A stretch of 64,000 bases of DNA from the human T2T-CHM13v2.0 reference genome, Homo sapiens, in NCBI RefSeq assembly GCF_009914755.1, contig NC_060938.1; one strand, given 5' to 3'. This document shows, piece by piece, positions 26,539 through 41,821 of the stretch. The stretch's first letter is position 1. The number at the start of each line of letters is the position of its first letter. Under the pieces are notes generated by a model. The model did no database searches and was not told the origin of the DNA. It saw only the letters and a program-made list of their open reading frames with translations. A program made the position numbers and the translations under genes.

Positions 26539-29500
26539 ATAGCTAACATTAGAGAAGAGACAAAGATAAGAAAGAATAATAAAGATGTTATTTAGTTGCA
26601 ATATATTAGTATAACATCAACGCATTTTTTTCATTGTATACCTATAAATTATGTATATTTTATATAGAGGCATGCTTTGACATTGTAAAACCATAAAAAC
26701 TGTGATTGTTGTGGGTGATAGGTAAAGAAAGCCACAGGAGGCCGACTTCTTGAAAATATCTTTATGTAGTTCTTCATGAGATGCTGCTGATGAGAAAAGT
26801 AAATGCTTATTTACTTGTATTTGTAAGAATTGTTTGTTTAAAAGCATTTTTTAAAGCTTTTGGTGAAACATCCTTGTTTAGTGACCATGAATGAGACTAG
26901 AGAAGATAATCTTTTCAGATAGGAAAATAAGAAGATAAAGATAAATTTATTTTTAGAAGGAAACCTACTTTCTGGATAATTAGTGTTTCTATCTGATAAG
27001 GAGCTAAGTATAACAATTTCTGGGTCTTACGATAATCTGGTTTGTCTTATATTGATGATGGAAAAATAAAGTGAAATAAACTCACTGCTGAAATAATGAG
27101 AGGCTGTGTGGGAAAGAACTCTTGAGACAAGTAGGTAAAGTGAGATTGCGGGAGCAATTGATACCCAAGTGGAGCCCGTTCAGAGTGACAGAATATACTA
27201 AGTGCTTGAAAGTGTTTGTGTGGAAAATATACTTCCAAGTTACTTTTTTTGAACAGTGAAAGCTTAACTTTAAAATGCAAGGTATTTGTCAACATTATCT
27301 GAAACACCGGACTGGAGGCAAATGTTTCAACATATTTGTTTTCTTACAATTAAAGTTAAGCTGACATGTTGAAAAGATGGTCTTCAAAGATATTCAGAGG
27401 CTGCTAAATTTTTGTCAATAATTAGCCTTCACTTTGCTTTATAGACAAGGATGTCATATTTTTTTCTCCTCACATTTGCCAAGTAAGGATTTTCACTTTT
27501 AAATTTCCTCATCCTGGTGTTTGCATTTAGGCATTTCAAACAGACTCTTCACCCTCAGCCACCATGTGTAGTATTGCATTTATGCATTCAACTTCTTACT
27601 CAAGTGATGCTATTTTTTTCTGCCTCAGCCTGACAGCCACTAATAATAACACATGAGGACAGTCAGACAAAATGAAGACAAATGCTGCTTGTCGCAGCAG
27701 AATCATAATGTCTCCAGACTCAGTAAAGACAGTCTAACTGTATGTGGATGCTCTTTATAGCTTATTTAGACCTGTGGTTTTTCCCTGTGTTTTTTTTTTA
27801 AAGCACAAACATTGTGCAGAAATACATTAAGGCAACATATGGGCCTGTTAGTTAGCCAAAACAATGTGGAACCATGGAGAATAGAGATTGCAAAGCACAG
27901 ATGGATACTGTAAAAAATTCATGAGTGGCATAACAGATCTAAAAGGTAAATTTTAGTCAAAATTCAAGTGGAAAGCATAGGAAATACTTAAGAATTTGGC
28001 TTTATGAGGTTTTTCAAATCACACAAGATGAAACATTGTGAATATTCTACAGATTTGTTTATGCCATAATGTGAAAATCAGAGCCCATCATTCAACAATA
28101 ATTATGTCTATATAGATTCATGCCATCAGAAGTAGATTGCTGATAAACAATAGCGCTTTGCTTCTATTTGATGTAAATGCTGCAGTATTAAATATCCATA
28201 TTATTTCCAGCTCAATATTAGAAAGTGTCAGTCATTGTGACAAGCCAGGCAAGAGGAGCTCATTGAGCCGTCCTCTGTGTAGCCAAGTGCTGTCGAATAA
28301 CCAGGTTTTCATGCTATATTACTTTGTTGTTAAAATTGAGTTCTAAGCAGTAAATTGGCAAATCATTTTTTCCTCTTTTACATTTGGTTCTTTTAACTAT
28401 ACCTGAAGCCTCAAGGAGACGCTGGATTTGTATGTGTATATAATCAAGATGTACCTTGAATTTTTCAGAACCCTTGTTTTTTGAAGTTGTCCGTACTGTG
28501 ACTTATCATTGTTGTCTTTTCTTAGAAAAAAAAAGTTATGATCCCAGTATAGGACCATCCCAATAAAGGTGTGTCTTTGAACCTCTCACTACAGCCCATC
28601 ACATTCATAGAATATCCTTAAGAGCTATTTTTCAACAAAGGAATTTTGCCTAGTGAAAAAAATAATTTGGTTCCTAAATTTTTGCTGGGGTGAGATGGGG
28701 GAGAAAGCAGAAAGGAAAGGCAATTGTTCTGTATATCTGGATTTCTAATGACCTTAAGTGACCTTGTAAATGAAAGCTGCCTTTAAAAACACAATTAAGT
28801 TCTAATCATAGAAGCATTTCCCATATAGAAGCTTTTTTTTTTGTATGTCAGGTTGAGAGTGATATCATGTGAAATTCAGAAATTCAGATATGTTTTGTCT
28901 TTTTGTTGCTAGAAATTTAAAGGGTAGTAAATTATTCTCTGTATGAAGGTTTAGGCAATATTCAAGGTGATCTGCTAGATACTTTAAAATCTTAAACATT
29001 GGGTAGACAAGTTGTATTGAACTTACTTTTTATAGTCAATGATACTGTTAATGAATAAATTTAGAGAGGACTCTGTTATATCTTGAAAAGACCAGTACAT
29101 TATTTAAACAACCAGAGAGTTATTTGGTATTAAGAAGAAAGATGATTAGATTGAAAGATTGAAAGTGGACACTATGGATAGGAAGTAAATGAAACCACTT
29201 CTTTAACTGGAGTAGTTTTTAATTTTTGAGTTTTTTTCTATAGGTAACATAAAATAGGGATGGGTTTTGTAGTTGGCTTTTCATTCTTGGCACTAATGCC
29301 ACTGTTGGGACCTTGAGACAGCAAATTGAACTTTCTGATAGTTGTCCTAATAGCTCTTTCAGGCTGTATTTGGTGTCCTTAGTGAATTAAAGTTTGCATT
29401 AGTGAACCCACTGAGCAGCGGCCAAGACTAATTCTCGGCTCTGTATGACATTTCACACATTGTCAGTTCTTAGTAAGTGTTATATGATAACATTTTGAGA

Positions 29501-29869
29501 TTCTCATCTGAGAGTTGATGGGGAAATATCAAATAGTGTATATGAGGTTTGCCAACTAAGATGAGCCCAGTTCAAAAGTATGTTGTAGGGGATAGGTAAA
29601 GATGGCAGTGTTTTGTCTCCATTAAATAAAAGATAGATTTACTCCTGAAATTTAACAAGAAGGTCTGAGAAAGACTATAAGCAAGAAAAAAGAATGAAGA
29701 GACAGAGAAATAGGTAAAAGTAAAAGGGATACAGGTATAAAGGGAAATTATATTTCTTCCTTACCAATTATACCTTCTGTCCCTATGGTGATTCTAAGAA
29801 GGATATGGAAAATGTCAGATATACTAGAAATATGTGTGTATGTACATATTTAAAAGCATATATATGTAC

Positions 29870-29990
29870 CTTCTCCTACTAAAATGAAAGCTTCATGAGG
29901 GCAGAGTCCCTTTTATTCTCATCTATCCCTAGGACCTAGAAGATTACCTGTAAGAGTAGACACTCAAAATATATCTGTTGAATGAATTAA
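29870..29990 (+). mobile_element. L2 3' end
   Basis: aagcttcatgagggcagag...gtagacactcaaaatatatctgttgaatgaat. Confidence 0.8.
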
Positions 29991-30895
29991 CTTCTTAAGA
30001 ACATAATTTTCCATATGTTTCTACTGTTATCTAAGCAATTATAGATATGTTGAACTCTCTTTGAAAGTGTTAGTTTGGTTAATACTTAAGTCACAAAGAT
30101 TGATGCAAAGGAGCACATATTAGCTTAGAGACATGCCGTCTCAGATGTATGGAGAGAAATGGAATAGTGGAATTTTAAAATTCAGTTGAATGAATTTGTC
30201 TTCTTCCTCTGATTAAGAGCCCCATAATGATCAGGTCACTTAGTTTATTCAGTGTGGAAGACAGAGTGGGTGGAGGGACCACCCAGCAATAAACATACTT
30301 GATAAAAACATACCTAGTGCTTTTCTAAAACAACTACATGTAGTTATAACATTACCTGCCTCCTGTGTTTAAGTATGAGGAGCAGAATCCGCTGGACATT
30401 TTGAAGGCAGGTCGGAATTCTCCGCTAGCAGTTTTGAGGACAAGTTGGGTTGTCTGAACAAGTCTAGAACTACAATTTCACACCTATGTAGCCAGAGATG
30501 AAGAAGGACATAAATAGTATTGATGGTCAAGGCTTTTTAAATTGATTCTCCCTGCTGACAGTAGACTTTTTGCTTTTTTATGGGATTCAAATTATTTAAT
30601 TTTGTTTAATTTATGTACTCTCAGTACATTCACTACAGGGACATGTGAGATGTAGTTGGTTGCATTTGACATTGTCTTTCAATACAACAATTTTACCCAA
30701 ATATACCTTGCTAAAAGTCACCGAAAGCAGAATCTGTGACAGGAAATGCATGCTTTTATTCTGATCCCATCTTGATACATGTCAGAGTAGGTAATATACA
30801 TGTTAATATCCATTTTATTTGTTATTGCTGGTACAAAACATGTATGTATATATATCATGTTTTAAGAGAAATATTAAAAAGGAGACAAACGTACT

Positions 30896-31130
30896 TTAGT
30901 TCAAGAAACATATTTTGAACACTTATTATATGCCAGGCAGTGAGAGATTCATTGGGAACAAGAAGAAGTAAAGTTCTTCATGTATATTTTAGTCAAGGAG
31001 AAAAAGCAGACTTTAAATAAATAACTGTAGGTGTTGTAAGTGTTCAGAGAAGGGTACTATGGAAGTTTATAGCAAAGTACATTAACTTAGATCAAAAGCA
31101 AGTCAAAGAGAATGACAGATTCTAGAAAGT
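30896..31130 (-). mobile_element. L2 3' end
   Basis: ttcaagaaacatattttgaacacttattatatgccaggcagtg. Confidence 0.65.
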
Positions 31131-32654
31131 TATGATGTAGTGAGAGGGAGAGAGTGAAAAGAAACCAACCTGTCTACCTACCTCCTTCATTCCCTCCATT
31201 TTTTCCTTCTTCAAAAATTGAATATTTAATAGATATTGATTGAATATCTATCATGTGTCCAGCAAAGTGCTCAACTCTGGTGAACAAAAACAAATATAGG
31301 TTGCATGAAGGTGACAAAACACTCATTAAACAATCACACATGAAAACAAAATTGCAGCTATAACAAATGCCCTCAAGGAGAGGCAAATGGTGCCACATGA
31401 GCATGAATTGACTTGGCCTGGTTTGAAAGGTATGATTTCCTTGAGAAAGTGATACTCAAGCTGAAATCCAAGAGATAAGTTGGAGTTGACTAGGAGCCCA
31501 AGAAGGCTAGAGCATATTAGGCAAAGAAAATAGCATGTGCGGGGGCCCAGTGGCTTAGACTTAAAAGAAGGCTAAAGTGGCTAAAGCTGAGAGAACAGAA
31601 GTGCCAAGATGAGAGGCTTAGTGAGGACACCTGGAGAACCTTGATGGCTGGGTTCAGACTGCAGACCAAGATGCCCATGAAGGGTTTCAGGCAGAGGTTG
31701 TATGATCAAACGCAACTACTTTAACTATAGTCAGAGAAGGAATTAGATGGGGGCAAGCCTGGAGGTCAGGGCACTGGGGGTGGAGGCTACCATTATCTAG
31801 GCAATGCATGATGATCCCCATGAGCCTGGGAATGGTGAAAGAATGAGGAGAAGGAATGAACTTAGGAAATATTTAGAAATATAATTTATGACTGATTGGA
31901 AACAAGGTATAAAGGATAAGAAGGAGTGATAGACGATGCCCACATTCTCCCTTGGACAGCAAAGGGAAGGTGATGCCAATCCATAAGTTAGGGAATATGG
32001 GAGGAGGGGGAAGTGTTAGAAGGGGGTGGGAATAGTGAGCTCCATTGGATCATATTGAGTTTGAAGTGTCTGGAGACATCAAGTGGATGAGAAATCATTT
32101 GGACATAGAGGCCTGGAGCCCACAGGGGGATTAGTGAACAGATACAGGTATGGGCACCATCTGTAAACAGATGGAATTGAAGCAACTCAGAGTCTGGGTA
32201 AGGTTGAAGGACTATGTGTAAAAACAGAACAGGTCTGATTTATGGATAATGCTACTACTTAAAGATTGTGGGAAAGAATTAGCAGTGATAGAGATGTAGA
32301 AGGAAAACCAAGGGAGGATAATGCCAGTGCCATGGAAGCCAAGAGAAAAAGAGTGTTTCGGGAAAAACAGACAATAAACAGCATCAAACACTGTGGAAAA
32401 TCAAGTAGGACCAGGCATGAAAACATCTATTATAATCAAGAGGATTATGGTGAGACCATGGTGAAAACATTTTTGGTGGAATGAAAAGTATGCAAGGCAT
32501 ATTGAAATGGATTGATGCGCCAATAGGAGATAAGGAGATGGAGGGCACTTATCATTTGAAGAGTTTGTATTTAAATGAATGAGTGAAATAGAGCTCTACC
32601 TAGAGGAAGATATGGAGTTGAAAAGGGATGTTTTTAGATGGCCAGGAGTTGATG

Positions 32655-33380
32655 AGTTAGTTACTTTTATGTGATTGCAAGTAATGGAATACCTAACTAG
32701 TGGTGGCTTTATTAAATACCTTTATTATTTATCTCATATAATAATACTTGAGATGAGTGGATTCAAGGTTGCTGCAGGGCCTCAAAAATATACTCAAGCC
32801 AGATTCTCCCTGTTTCCACTCCACCTTTTTTTTTTTTTTAGCATGTTGGCTTTGTGTTCATGTGCTTGACATGTAATAGACACTAGCAAGCTTCTTCAGT
32901 TCCACATGACTTCATTTAAAGCAAAAACAAGGAATGTGATTTTTGTGCTCTGTCCTTTTATACGGGAACAAAATGTGTCCCCAGATTTTCCTCATTCCTA
33001 CTCTTTCAGACTTGTTTTTGTATCGTCTTGTACACACTGAGTTATTTGCCCATTTCTAAATGAACAATTAACAAAGGAGAATGCAGTTATCAAACATGGT
33101 TTACATCAGGGGTAATGAACCTGCAGCATCAGCACCTCACGGGAACTTGTTAGAAATGCAGATTCCTAGGCTTCATCTCAGTCATACTGAATCAGAAACT
33201 TGGGTGGGACCTAGCAGTGTGTTTCAAACAAGCTTTCTAGGCAAGTGATACATTGTTCAAACTTGAGAACCATTGGTTTAGACTCATCAGGTCATCTTCT
33301 GGTGCTAGAGAGAGGACTTATATTCACTGAGCTTACTGCTTTCTTATGCCTGTTGCAGACACAGAAGAGTGTTTGCCACC
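32655..33380 (-). mobile_element. MLT1 (ERVL-MaLR) solo LTR, J/K/L-like
   Basis: Left end gattgcaagtaatggaatacctaact (reverse of the LTR 3' end); ggtttagactcatcagg; right end tgtttgccac. Confidence 0.65.
33107..33275 (+). mobile_element. MER5A hAT DNA transposon nested in MLT1
   Basis: gcagcatcagcacc...gggaacttgttagaaatgcagatt...tactgaatcagaaact...ttgagaaccattg. Degenerate 8-bp TSD gtttacat/gtttagac. Confidence 0.9.
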
Positions 33381-34964
33381 ACTGACTGTATTTCAACATC
33401 AAGTAATCAGCCAGTAAAGGGACAGAATGAAGATAAGACAGGGATGAACTGAGAAAGGAGATGAGAGTGCAAGAGATTCATGAACTCAGATTCCACCTCC
33501 ATGTTAAGAAGAAAGCATGAAGAAAAATGTGGATGCAGAAGCAGATAGGCTGCTAGGAGCAAGATTGTAACTTCTCTTGCATTGGGCTCAGATGAAGCCT
33601 CCTGGCAGGGAGGGAGGTGTGGTGGAGGTAAGAGCTAAGATTGTGGAGAAGGTTTAAATCTCTTCAGAGAAGCAGGGAGCTTGCTAACCTGGAAACCTCT
33701 GAATGTAGATGAGATCATGGACCTCCCTGCGTTGGTAAACCTGAGTTCGGAGTGGACTGAGCTGCCTGGCTATGTCACATGCAACAGAGGACACAGGCTT
33801 GTAGCTGAAGATAGTTTGATTACTTTAGGGTTGAGGCTTTGCCAAGAAGAGTGTAACAGAATATCATGAGCGAGGATACTTAGGATATTGTTAAGGGAGA
33901 GATTGAAGTGATGAACCAAGGAGTTAGTGCTGAAGAGGAGGGAGAGTGCAGATGGGGTACAGGGGAGGGTTAGTCTATGAGCCCAAAGTCACGTTTCTGT
34001 CTTCCTCTTTATACATTTAGTAAGAACCATTCTAAGGAATGGATCAAATGATTTCTGTATTCTTAAGAAAATTACAAGTCTCATTTGTATTATGTCCTCC
34101 TCTCACTTTATCATGGAAAGTTTGAGATTTGTTTGAAGGTGTCACATTTGCAGTGAATTGTGGCAAATTTTTCCTTACCCCTCAATTGTAGGACTTTATG
34201 CAGGAAAATAAGCCAGAGGCTTTCATTTGGCTTACCTTGACTGCTTTTTGACCTGTTTTGTTTTTCTTTACTGATGGATAACACTTTTTACAGGCATGAT
34301 TTTGTAGGCCGTGCACAATCTTGGTAAGCCATATGTATAATATAAGATAGAACACTGACTTTTATCCAGCTGGACTTTTTGTGCTCTTATCCTAGCAGAG
34401 AGATAGTTACAATTTCTTAATGTACTTGATAACTTGAAAAATATTAAGATTTTATTTTTATGAACACTGTCTCCTAAGAGCTATGGGATGGTCCTTGTTT
34501 GAGAAGACGATTCTCTGCTTATATGCATGCAAAGTAGCCACTGTACATCTCAGCTGTGGCCCATACTGAACCTCAAGCCTGTTCTCTCTGCCACCTGACA
34601 TGTTCCTCCCTAGGTTGTCCTTAAAAAGTACAAACCAGTAGTAATCATATTAATTGAAAATAATTAGGCACACAGATTTCCTGTTACAAACATCATAAAG
34701 TAAATTCCACAACCAGAAAGGCATTACTTTTATACGGTGCTGTGTTTTGGAACATCTGTCGTCGACTTCTTTTATGTTCCCCAGTATCTAGTGCCGGAGC
34801 ATCACCCTCTCCGTGAATGGGACTAAGGAACAGTGAGATGCCCACAGCTAGACATTCACGATGGGAGTAGAGCATAATGAGACTGTGTTCCTGTTGAACT
34901 TTGAATCTGATTCTAACAGTGATTACAAGAGAGAAGAGCCAAATACTTTGAATGTCAATAAAAT

Positions 34965-35090
34965 TGTTGGAATATAAATTACACAAGGGCAAGGATTTTG
35001 CTGATTTATTCATAGCTGTATTCCTAACACTCAGAAGAAGGGCTGGCACATATAGGTGCTCCAATAATATTTGTTGACTGAATAAGTGAC
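34965..35090 (+). mobile_element. L2 3' end
   Basis: aagggcaaggattttg...ctggcacatataggtgctccaataatatttgttgactgaat. Confidence 0.8.
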
Positions 35091-35424
35091 TCTTTGCAGA
35101 TCAATATTCTTATATAAATTCTCATGTCTGTCAATAAAATAGGTCATATATCTTGGTAGTAATGTTGGTAGTGGAGACCATCATTTCCAGGGAATGAGAA
35201 AAAGTCAAAATACATACAGTTGCTATGAATGTTTATATAAACATAGATATTAGAATCTTGGCCAGGCAGTTTGGGTGTTTTGTTATAGTGGTAGTTTGTG
35301 TCACAGACAAATTTCGTTGAATATAAGATGAAGAATCTATAGGCTCAACTCAATACATAATAACTTAGAATATACCTGAGGCCTTCCAAAGAGGTTTTTC
35401 ATTCCATGGAGAGATGGTCTTTGC

Positions 35425-35680
35425 TGTAAGACACCAGAGAACTGATCTAGTGCATGGATATTAAAATTAGGTAGACCAGGGTTCAATTTTCCCATTCTAC
35501 CACTTGCTACCTGTGTGACCATGGACACATTTTTTAACTTCTCTAAACTTTGGTGTCCTTCATCTGTACAATGAGAATACTTATATCTATTTCATAGTAT
35601 TATTAGAATTGAATAAAATATATACAAAATACTTAGCAAGTGCACATAGTGAGCACTTGATAAATGGTAGCTGTTATTAT
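35425..35680 (+). mobile_element. MIR SINE
   Basis: agaccagggttcaat...ctaccacttgctacctgtgtgaccatggaca...catctgtacaatgagaat...cacatagtgagcacttgataaatggtagctgttatta. Confidence 0.85.
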
Positions 35681-37514
35681 CAGCTGTAATTAGTTCTTAA
35701 AGTCTGCCTACAGATTTGTTTATAGATGTATATAAATCCATACCTATGTTTGCTGGTTCTAAATTCAAATAAAGTAGTGTAAATTACAAGGTTGCTAATG
35801 TTGAACATTAATGTTCATTCTAGATGAAAACATGAAAATCTTACCTCCTCCAGCAACTAATTTAATCTGGTTGATTAGGAAATGTTCCTTTATGAAAATG
35901 ATCCATTCACACTTTAAGTGGATGTTTACAGGTGTTTAGACTCACACTGAGCACTAAGCTTAGACTTAAACTAAGGGTGGACGTCAGATCATTTGTAAAC
36001 ATAAACTATGCTATCTCCATGAGAAAAATGACCTTTCTTCAAATCCCTTGAGTACTATGATTGTCATTGATTTGTATAAGATGAGCAATCTTCTTTTCCA
36101 GGCTAGATCATTGGTTTCCGTATTTTAAATAATTAAAATCATTCAGCTCTTACCTAGGAAATACTAGCTCTACAATATAGTAGAATTAGATCCATAGATC
36201 GCCTTTTCACTATTTTTAAGGAATAGTAATAAAACTAGACACTATTTGGAGAAAAGAAACCAAAATAGCGAGGAGGTTGGAAATTACATCCTTTGCTGTT
36301 TGTTGGAGAAACTACAGATGTTTGAGCTAAGGAGATTTAAAAAAAGGTACTGGAGATAAGAGAGTGTTCCTAGTATATTTGTAAGGATGTCATGTAGAAG
36401 TGGATGAAATGACACCTTTGTATTCACAGAGGGAAGATTAAAAATAAATAGGTAGATGTTAAAAGATGTCACACTTTGGTATTAGTCAAAAGAACCAGCA
36501 TATGTAAAATACATAATAATGTTTCCAGGTTCCAGCAAGCTCATGTCCTTCCCAGGCGAATGTAGCTGGTTACGGGTTGAGTCAAAACCCACATATTGTC
36601 ACTTAAATCCAGGATGGTGGTGGTGTTTAACCCTATGCTATCTCTTGGATCTTCAGGAAGTTTAGATCAACTGTTTAGGGACTTGTACTGTAGAGACCAA
36701 GCCCAACGACCTAGTTTTCTACACGCAAATTAGTTTTATTCAATTCTGCAACCATACCCAACATCATCTTCTTAGCCATCTATCTTACAGTTGATGCTGT
36801 TGATTAAAACAGAGCACAGCATGTACTGAGGTGTCACCATTAATGAAAAAGCAATTTACAAGGTACTTCCTTTTGACCATGAGTGAGTAATGTCATCCTT
36901 ATATGAGAAGAACAGTATACTGATTTTAGGGTAAGTTGTGAAGTTTCCCAGAAGCACCATATTTATGGATGTATTTGGATCTCTGCCTATGAGGATGAGC
37001 AATGAGGAAGTTCAAAAGAATGAGCTTTAAGAAACAGAACTAAAAAGGTACATTTTGAAAGTTGGATGTTATGATGATATGTGCTGCCTGGCTCTCCACT
37101 GCTTCAAAGAATTTGTTCTAAATTGTTTCTGTTTTCCATGTTTCTATGTAGAAAATTGCAAAGCTAAAATTTCTTCCCTATTGCAGATGCCCTTGGGGAC
37201 TAAATCAAGAGTCTGAGGGCAGAGTGAAGCTCAGGATTCTCTGCAGATAAATGGCTCATCTGGTCAGCTCAATAGGGATGTGACCCCTTCATCATTTAGA
37301 TACAAGGGGGTGTTGTTAGTGTCATTTATGGAGCTGTTGGTCTAGAAAATCAAAGCGTAATCTGGCTTGGTATTTTAAAAACCTCAGGAAAACGAGGCTT
37401 GATGAGGATTGTAAAATAAAAGGTGCTTGTTGTTGCTCTTGCAAGCACTTAGATCAACCCAGGGTCAAAATCCAGTGGTATAGGACAAAGAGCAGACCCA
37501 GTTTCCTGCCTCTA

Positions 37515-37590
37515 TTTCTTCCCCTTCCCCTCCCCCATTCTTCTTTTCCTCCGCCTTCCCTTCAGTTCTTCTTTCCTTCATTTTTCTCTA
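37515..37590 (+). repeat. Polypyrimidine low-complexity tract
   Basis: tttcttccccttcccctcccccattcttcttttcctccgccttcccttc... Confidence 0.75.
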
Positions 37591-40500
37591 GGAAAGCAAA
37601 GAGTAAAATATTTTCCTAGGAGTAGAGAATAAACTGGTAGGTTATAGTTGTCTTTGACTTGTTAACGATCACACTGGCTCTCCTTGGGTCTTTGGGTCAT
37701 TTATCATGTGGTCCTCGTCTAGGATTTGATCAGATTCTTAGAGCATGGGTGGCCTAGCAGAGTACATGTTATGGCTCGAGTTCTAATAGGATTTTTCCTT
37801 CTCCCCTCTCCCAACTACACTCCCACTCCCGGGGTGTCTGCACTGTGACAAGACAACTGTTCCTCACCCAGCAGTTTGAAAGCACTGATTTTGCTGACAC
37901 TTTGATATTATTCTAGAGACATAAGCCAGGCAACAGAACTGGCATCAGATCTCCTCAGACACTAACATGAGTGCCCAGGGAAGGTTGTAGATGCACATTT
38001 GATTTCCACATCTATCTTCTCCCTGCAAATTAAATTATTAATTTTCCCGCATGTCTTCTTGTTTAATGAGAGGAGTGGTGGCCTTTATCTGTGCACGTGT
38101 GCAAACAAAACATCACAGCAGGGGCTCCTGAACTGCCCAGAGAAGCTGAGGGGTTTAAGCAGTCAGATGCAACTGTCTTGGTACAGTCAGTGTCATTTGC
38201 CAAAGTCTGTCTGGCTGTTGGCATCATAAACATGGAAGCATGCAGACTCCAGTGCATATCCTCACATACATATCCGAAGATGAAAGCTCCTTTTACAAAT
38301 ACAAAGGAAAGATCAAAAGAGGAAAAATAATGGCATTTAAAATGCACGTGGGAAATGCAAAATTATATAATGTGATTGTTTTTCTGGGTTCCATTAGAGT
38401 GGTGCTATTTTCTGAGATGATACCGTGTTGGTTGATTACTTTTCCATGTTTGAGATAATAAGTACTCACATCAACATGATTTTTGATTTGTTACTATACA
38501 AGTTCTACCACATCTGGCTTTTCCAGCCTCTCATGTTAACATCTCACTAGTTAAATACATGTATTAACTTTTCCTGGTCTTTAGTGTCACTGAATACCAG
38601 GAGGTAGCTCTGATTTGGCAAAAGGTCTACATGTATTCATATAAGTTGTTTATTATAAGAATTACTTAAACATAAAAAATTTATATATTGCTTTTGTTCA
38701 CTTAAAGGCCATTAAACATTCTTTGTTTTATTTCATGCTATTTGAATATTGGAATTGCTGTCGATTCTAGAACAATGTGATTCATGTATCCTGATTCTAG
38801 AGTGTTGACTTTATGGCTGCATGACATAGAACAAAATCCATCTTAGTGATTATGAAGGATTTTAGATTGCTATTTTAAATATTTGTTATCTCTCGCCTTT
38901 GTTTTATAAATGTCAATATCTTCTTTAGGGATCTAGAGTTCACCTTTTCTCATCAAGTGAAATGATGTATCCATTTATTAAAATTGAATGTGAACTGTAA
39001 GGTTGACCTGAATGAAGAGTCAATTTTGATGATTCTTTTTTTATATTTTAGAAGCTGTTGAGAACTCCCAAATTAAGAACATGATAATCTCTGTGGGTCC
39101 CCTCTCCTAACCCCACCTATTACTTACTCTATTAAAAAAATATGATTTTCTGAATTGTTACACAGCCTAGCCTTCCCATTTTTCAAAAATGATGTCACTC
39201 AGAAGTCCATGTGAAAGGTATTAGTCTGATCAACTATAGCATTTTTAGTATTACTCATATATAATATGGCATATAATGTGTCATATCATTTTATGTTTGA
39301 GAATACATAGTTATTTCTTAAAAACATTAATAGAAATGAGAATCAGTATATAAAGAGAAAAGTACTTTTCTTGTATAGGTACATCTAAATCATTTATAAA
39401 GGAAAAAATTCCACAGAGCTCTCACCACCCCTCCACTGGGCAGAAGGGAGCAATCTTTCATTGTCAACTGTAGTTTCTAATAAAAGGAGCGAGTTTGTAC
39501 AGTCATTGCTTAACAATATATTCCTTTGGGAAAAAATTGGTTTCCCTTTAGTAAAATGTTCCTGTGCATTTGGTTTGTGTTGCTATGTAAGTGTAATTAA
39601 ATGCACATCTATTTACACAGCTTGTGAGGACTTATTAGTTGGTTTTGCTTGCATTTCATAAGAATATCTGGCCTTAATCACTTTATATTTTCATAGGACA
39701 AGTATTATGAAAATCTCATTCACTTGTAAATACATGAAATTACAATCTCTAGGAAAATGGTTTGTAAAACCATTGGCTGGTTTGGAATAAATCTTTGCTA
39801 AACCTCAATATAATTTATTAAAAGTACCATGTTGACTCCACTTTGAACAGTGGCCTCATTTCTCATGTTCTGTTTCAAAGGAGCCCTCTGCTGGACAGCT
39901 CTGTGTGATATCACATGCACGCATATATTTATATATGATTTATAGGCTATAGTTAATATAACCCAAAAGCCATTTATGATTGAAACTCTATCGTTGCAAA
40001 TTGAATGCATCACTGAAACCTGTTTTGTCATCACTTTTTCATATTTAATGAACAAGCAGTTGTCTAAAAATAAAATGTTCATCCTTAAAGTTTACTGTAA
40101 ATCACTGTACATCAGCATATTCCCACACATGAGATAATCGTACTAAATGAACATTCATTACCAATAATTTTAGTAATGAATTATTCAGCTGATATGCAAT
40201 TATCACACACATTTCTAAAGCAATTACTTTATTACATAGGTATTCCATGTCATTGATTTTACTTGTCTATATTACATATGTAAATATAGAAATCTTTGCT
40301 TTTACCATACGTTCAAATGCAAAGGGATTTTTAATGTTTATTTGTTCAATGTCATCAAGTTGTGAGGATGTATGGTTAGTATTAACTACATTTTAAGAAA
40401 CTTGCAAATGTCAGAAAATTGCTGTGATAAAATGAGGCAGGAACAAATAAACACAACCCAAAAATCGTGGACCATGAGGTTATAGAAATGGTATGTTTTT

Positions 40501-40619
40501 CTGAGTAGCTTGTCAGTAGGCTCATATTATTATCAATTATATTTTTAAAGCTGCTGTTATTCAAGGCAATGATAAATAACGACTTGAAATTATAGTCCCA
40601 TGTACATTTAGCCTGGGAA

Positions 40620-40810
40620 ACAAGATGGTATAGGGAAACCACACAGCATCATAAAGCAAACGCAGTCTTTGAACTTACAGAGACTGAGTCCAAATCCTGC
40701 CTTTCTGACCCTGAATTATTTAACCTCATCTCCAGAAACAGTCTCAGAAAGTTGTGGTAATGAGAAATGGCATAATGACATATGTCAAGTGGCTAGCACG
40801 TGACCAGGTA
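40620..40810 (+). mobile_element. MIR SINE (degraded)
   Basis: agactgagtccaaatcctgcc...tgaccctgaattatttaacctc...gtcaagtggctagcacgtga. Confidence 0.6.
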
Positions 40811-41192
40811 ACTTTGAAATGGGCTGCTGGAATGTTCTCCATACATTTGGAGGCAACTACTTTGTTTCTCAGGGCAGACTTATATTGCTTTTCTTAGCAA
40901 GCAGCAGCCAAGATAGGGCCTTGTACTCTTGGACTTCATTTATATGTAGCACACTAAGTATTATGAAACAGAAGTCATAAGTAGTGTGATAATTGTTTTA
41001 GGCAATAGCTCATCTTTCAGACTTTGGAGTTAAGCCCTAACTCTAGGTCAAAAGCCTGAAAACAGCCTTTTCTGTAAAACAGCATAACCAATGTGAGCCA
41101 TGAAAGTTTCGGTCACTGTAGACATCTTTTTAAAAATTATTTTCAAAATGAATATAAATGATTGTTTCAGAACAGTTTAATAAAACATACTA

Positions 41193-41507
<315 letters not shown>

Positions 41508-41528
41508 AGTAATCAAATTTCTGTAGTT

Positions 41529-41821
<293 letters not shown>

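Larger units (their letters stand above)
31215..33970 (-). mobile_element. Long L2 fragment interrupted by MLT1 and MER5A
   Basis: L2 tail atattgattgaatatctatcatgtg, then antisense ORF2 text (tgagtttgaagtgtctggagacatcaagtgga; ggacatagaggcctggagc). Purine-rich L2-like sequence resumes after 33380. Confidence 0.75.

Noticed and set aside
31991-32030. G-quadruplex-like G-runs
   Set aside because: Within purine-rich antisense L2, with one long loop. Unremarkable.
34693-35064. 123-aa minus-strand ORF
   Set aside because: Starts in an antisense L2 tail and has no coding features.
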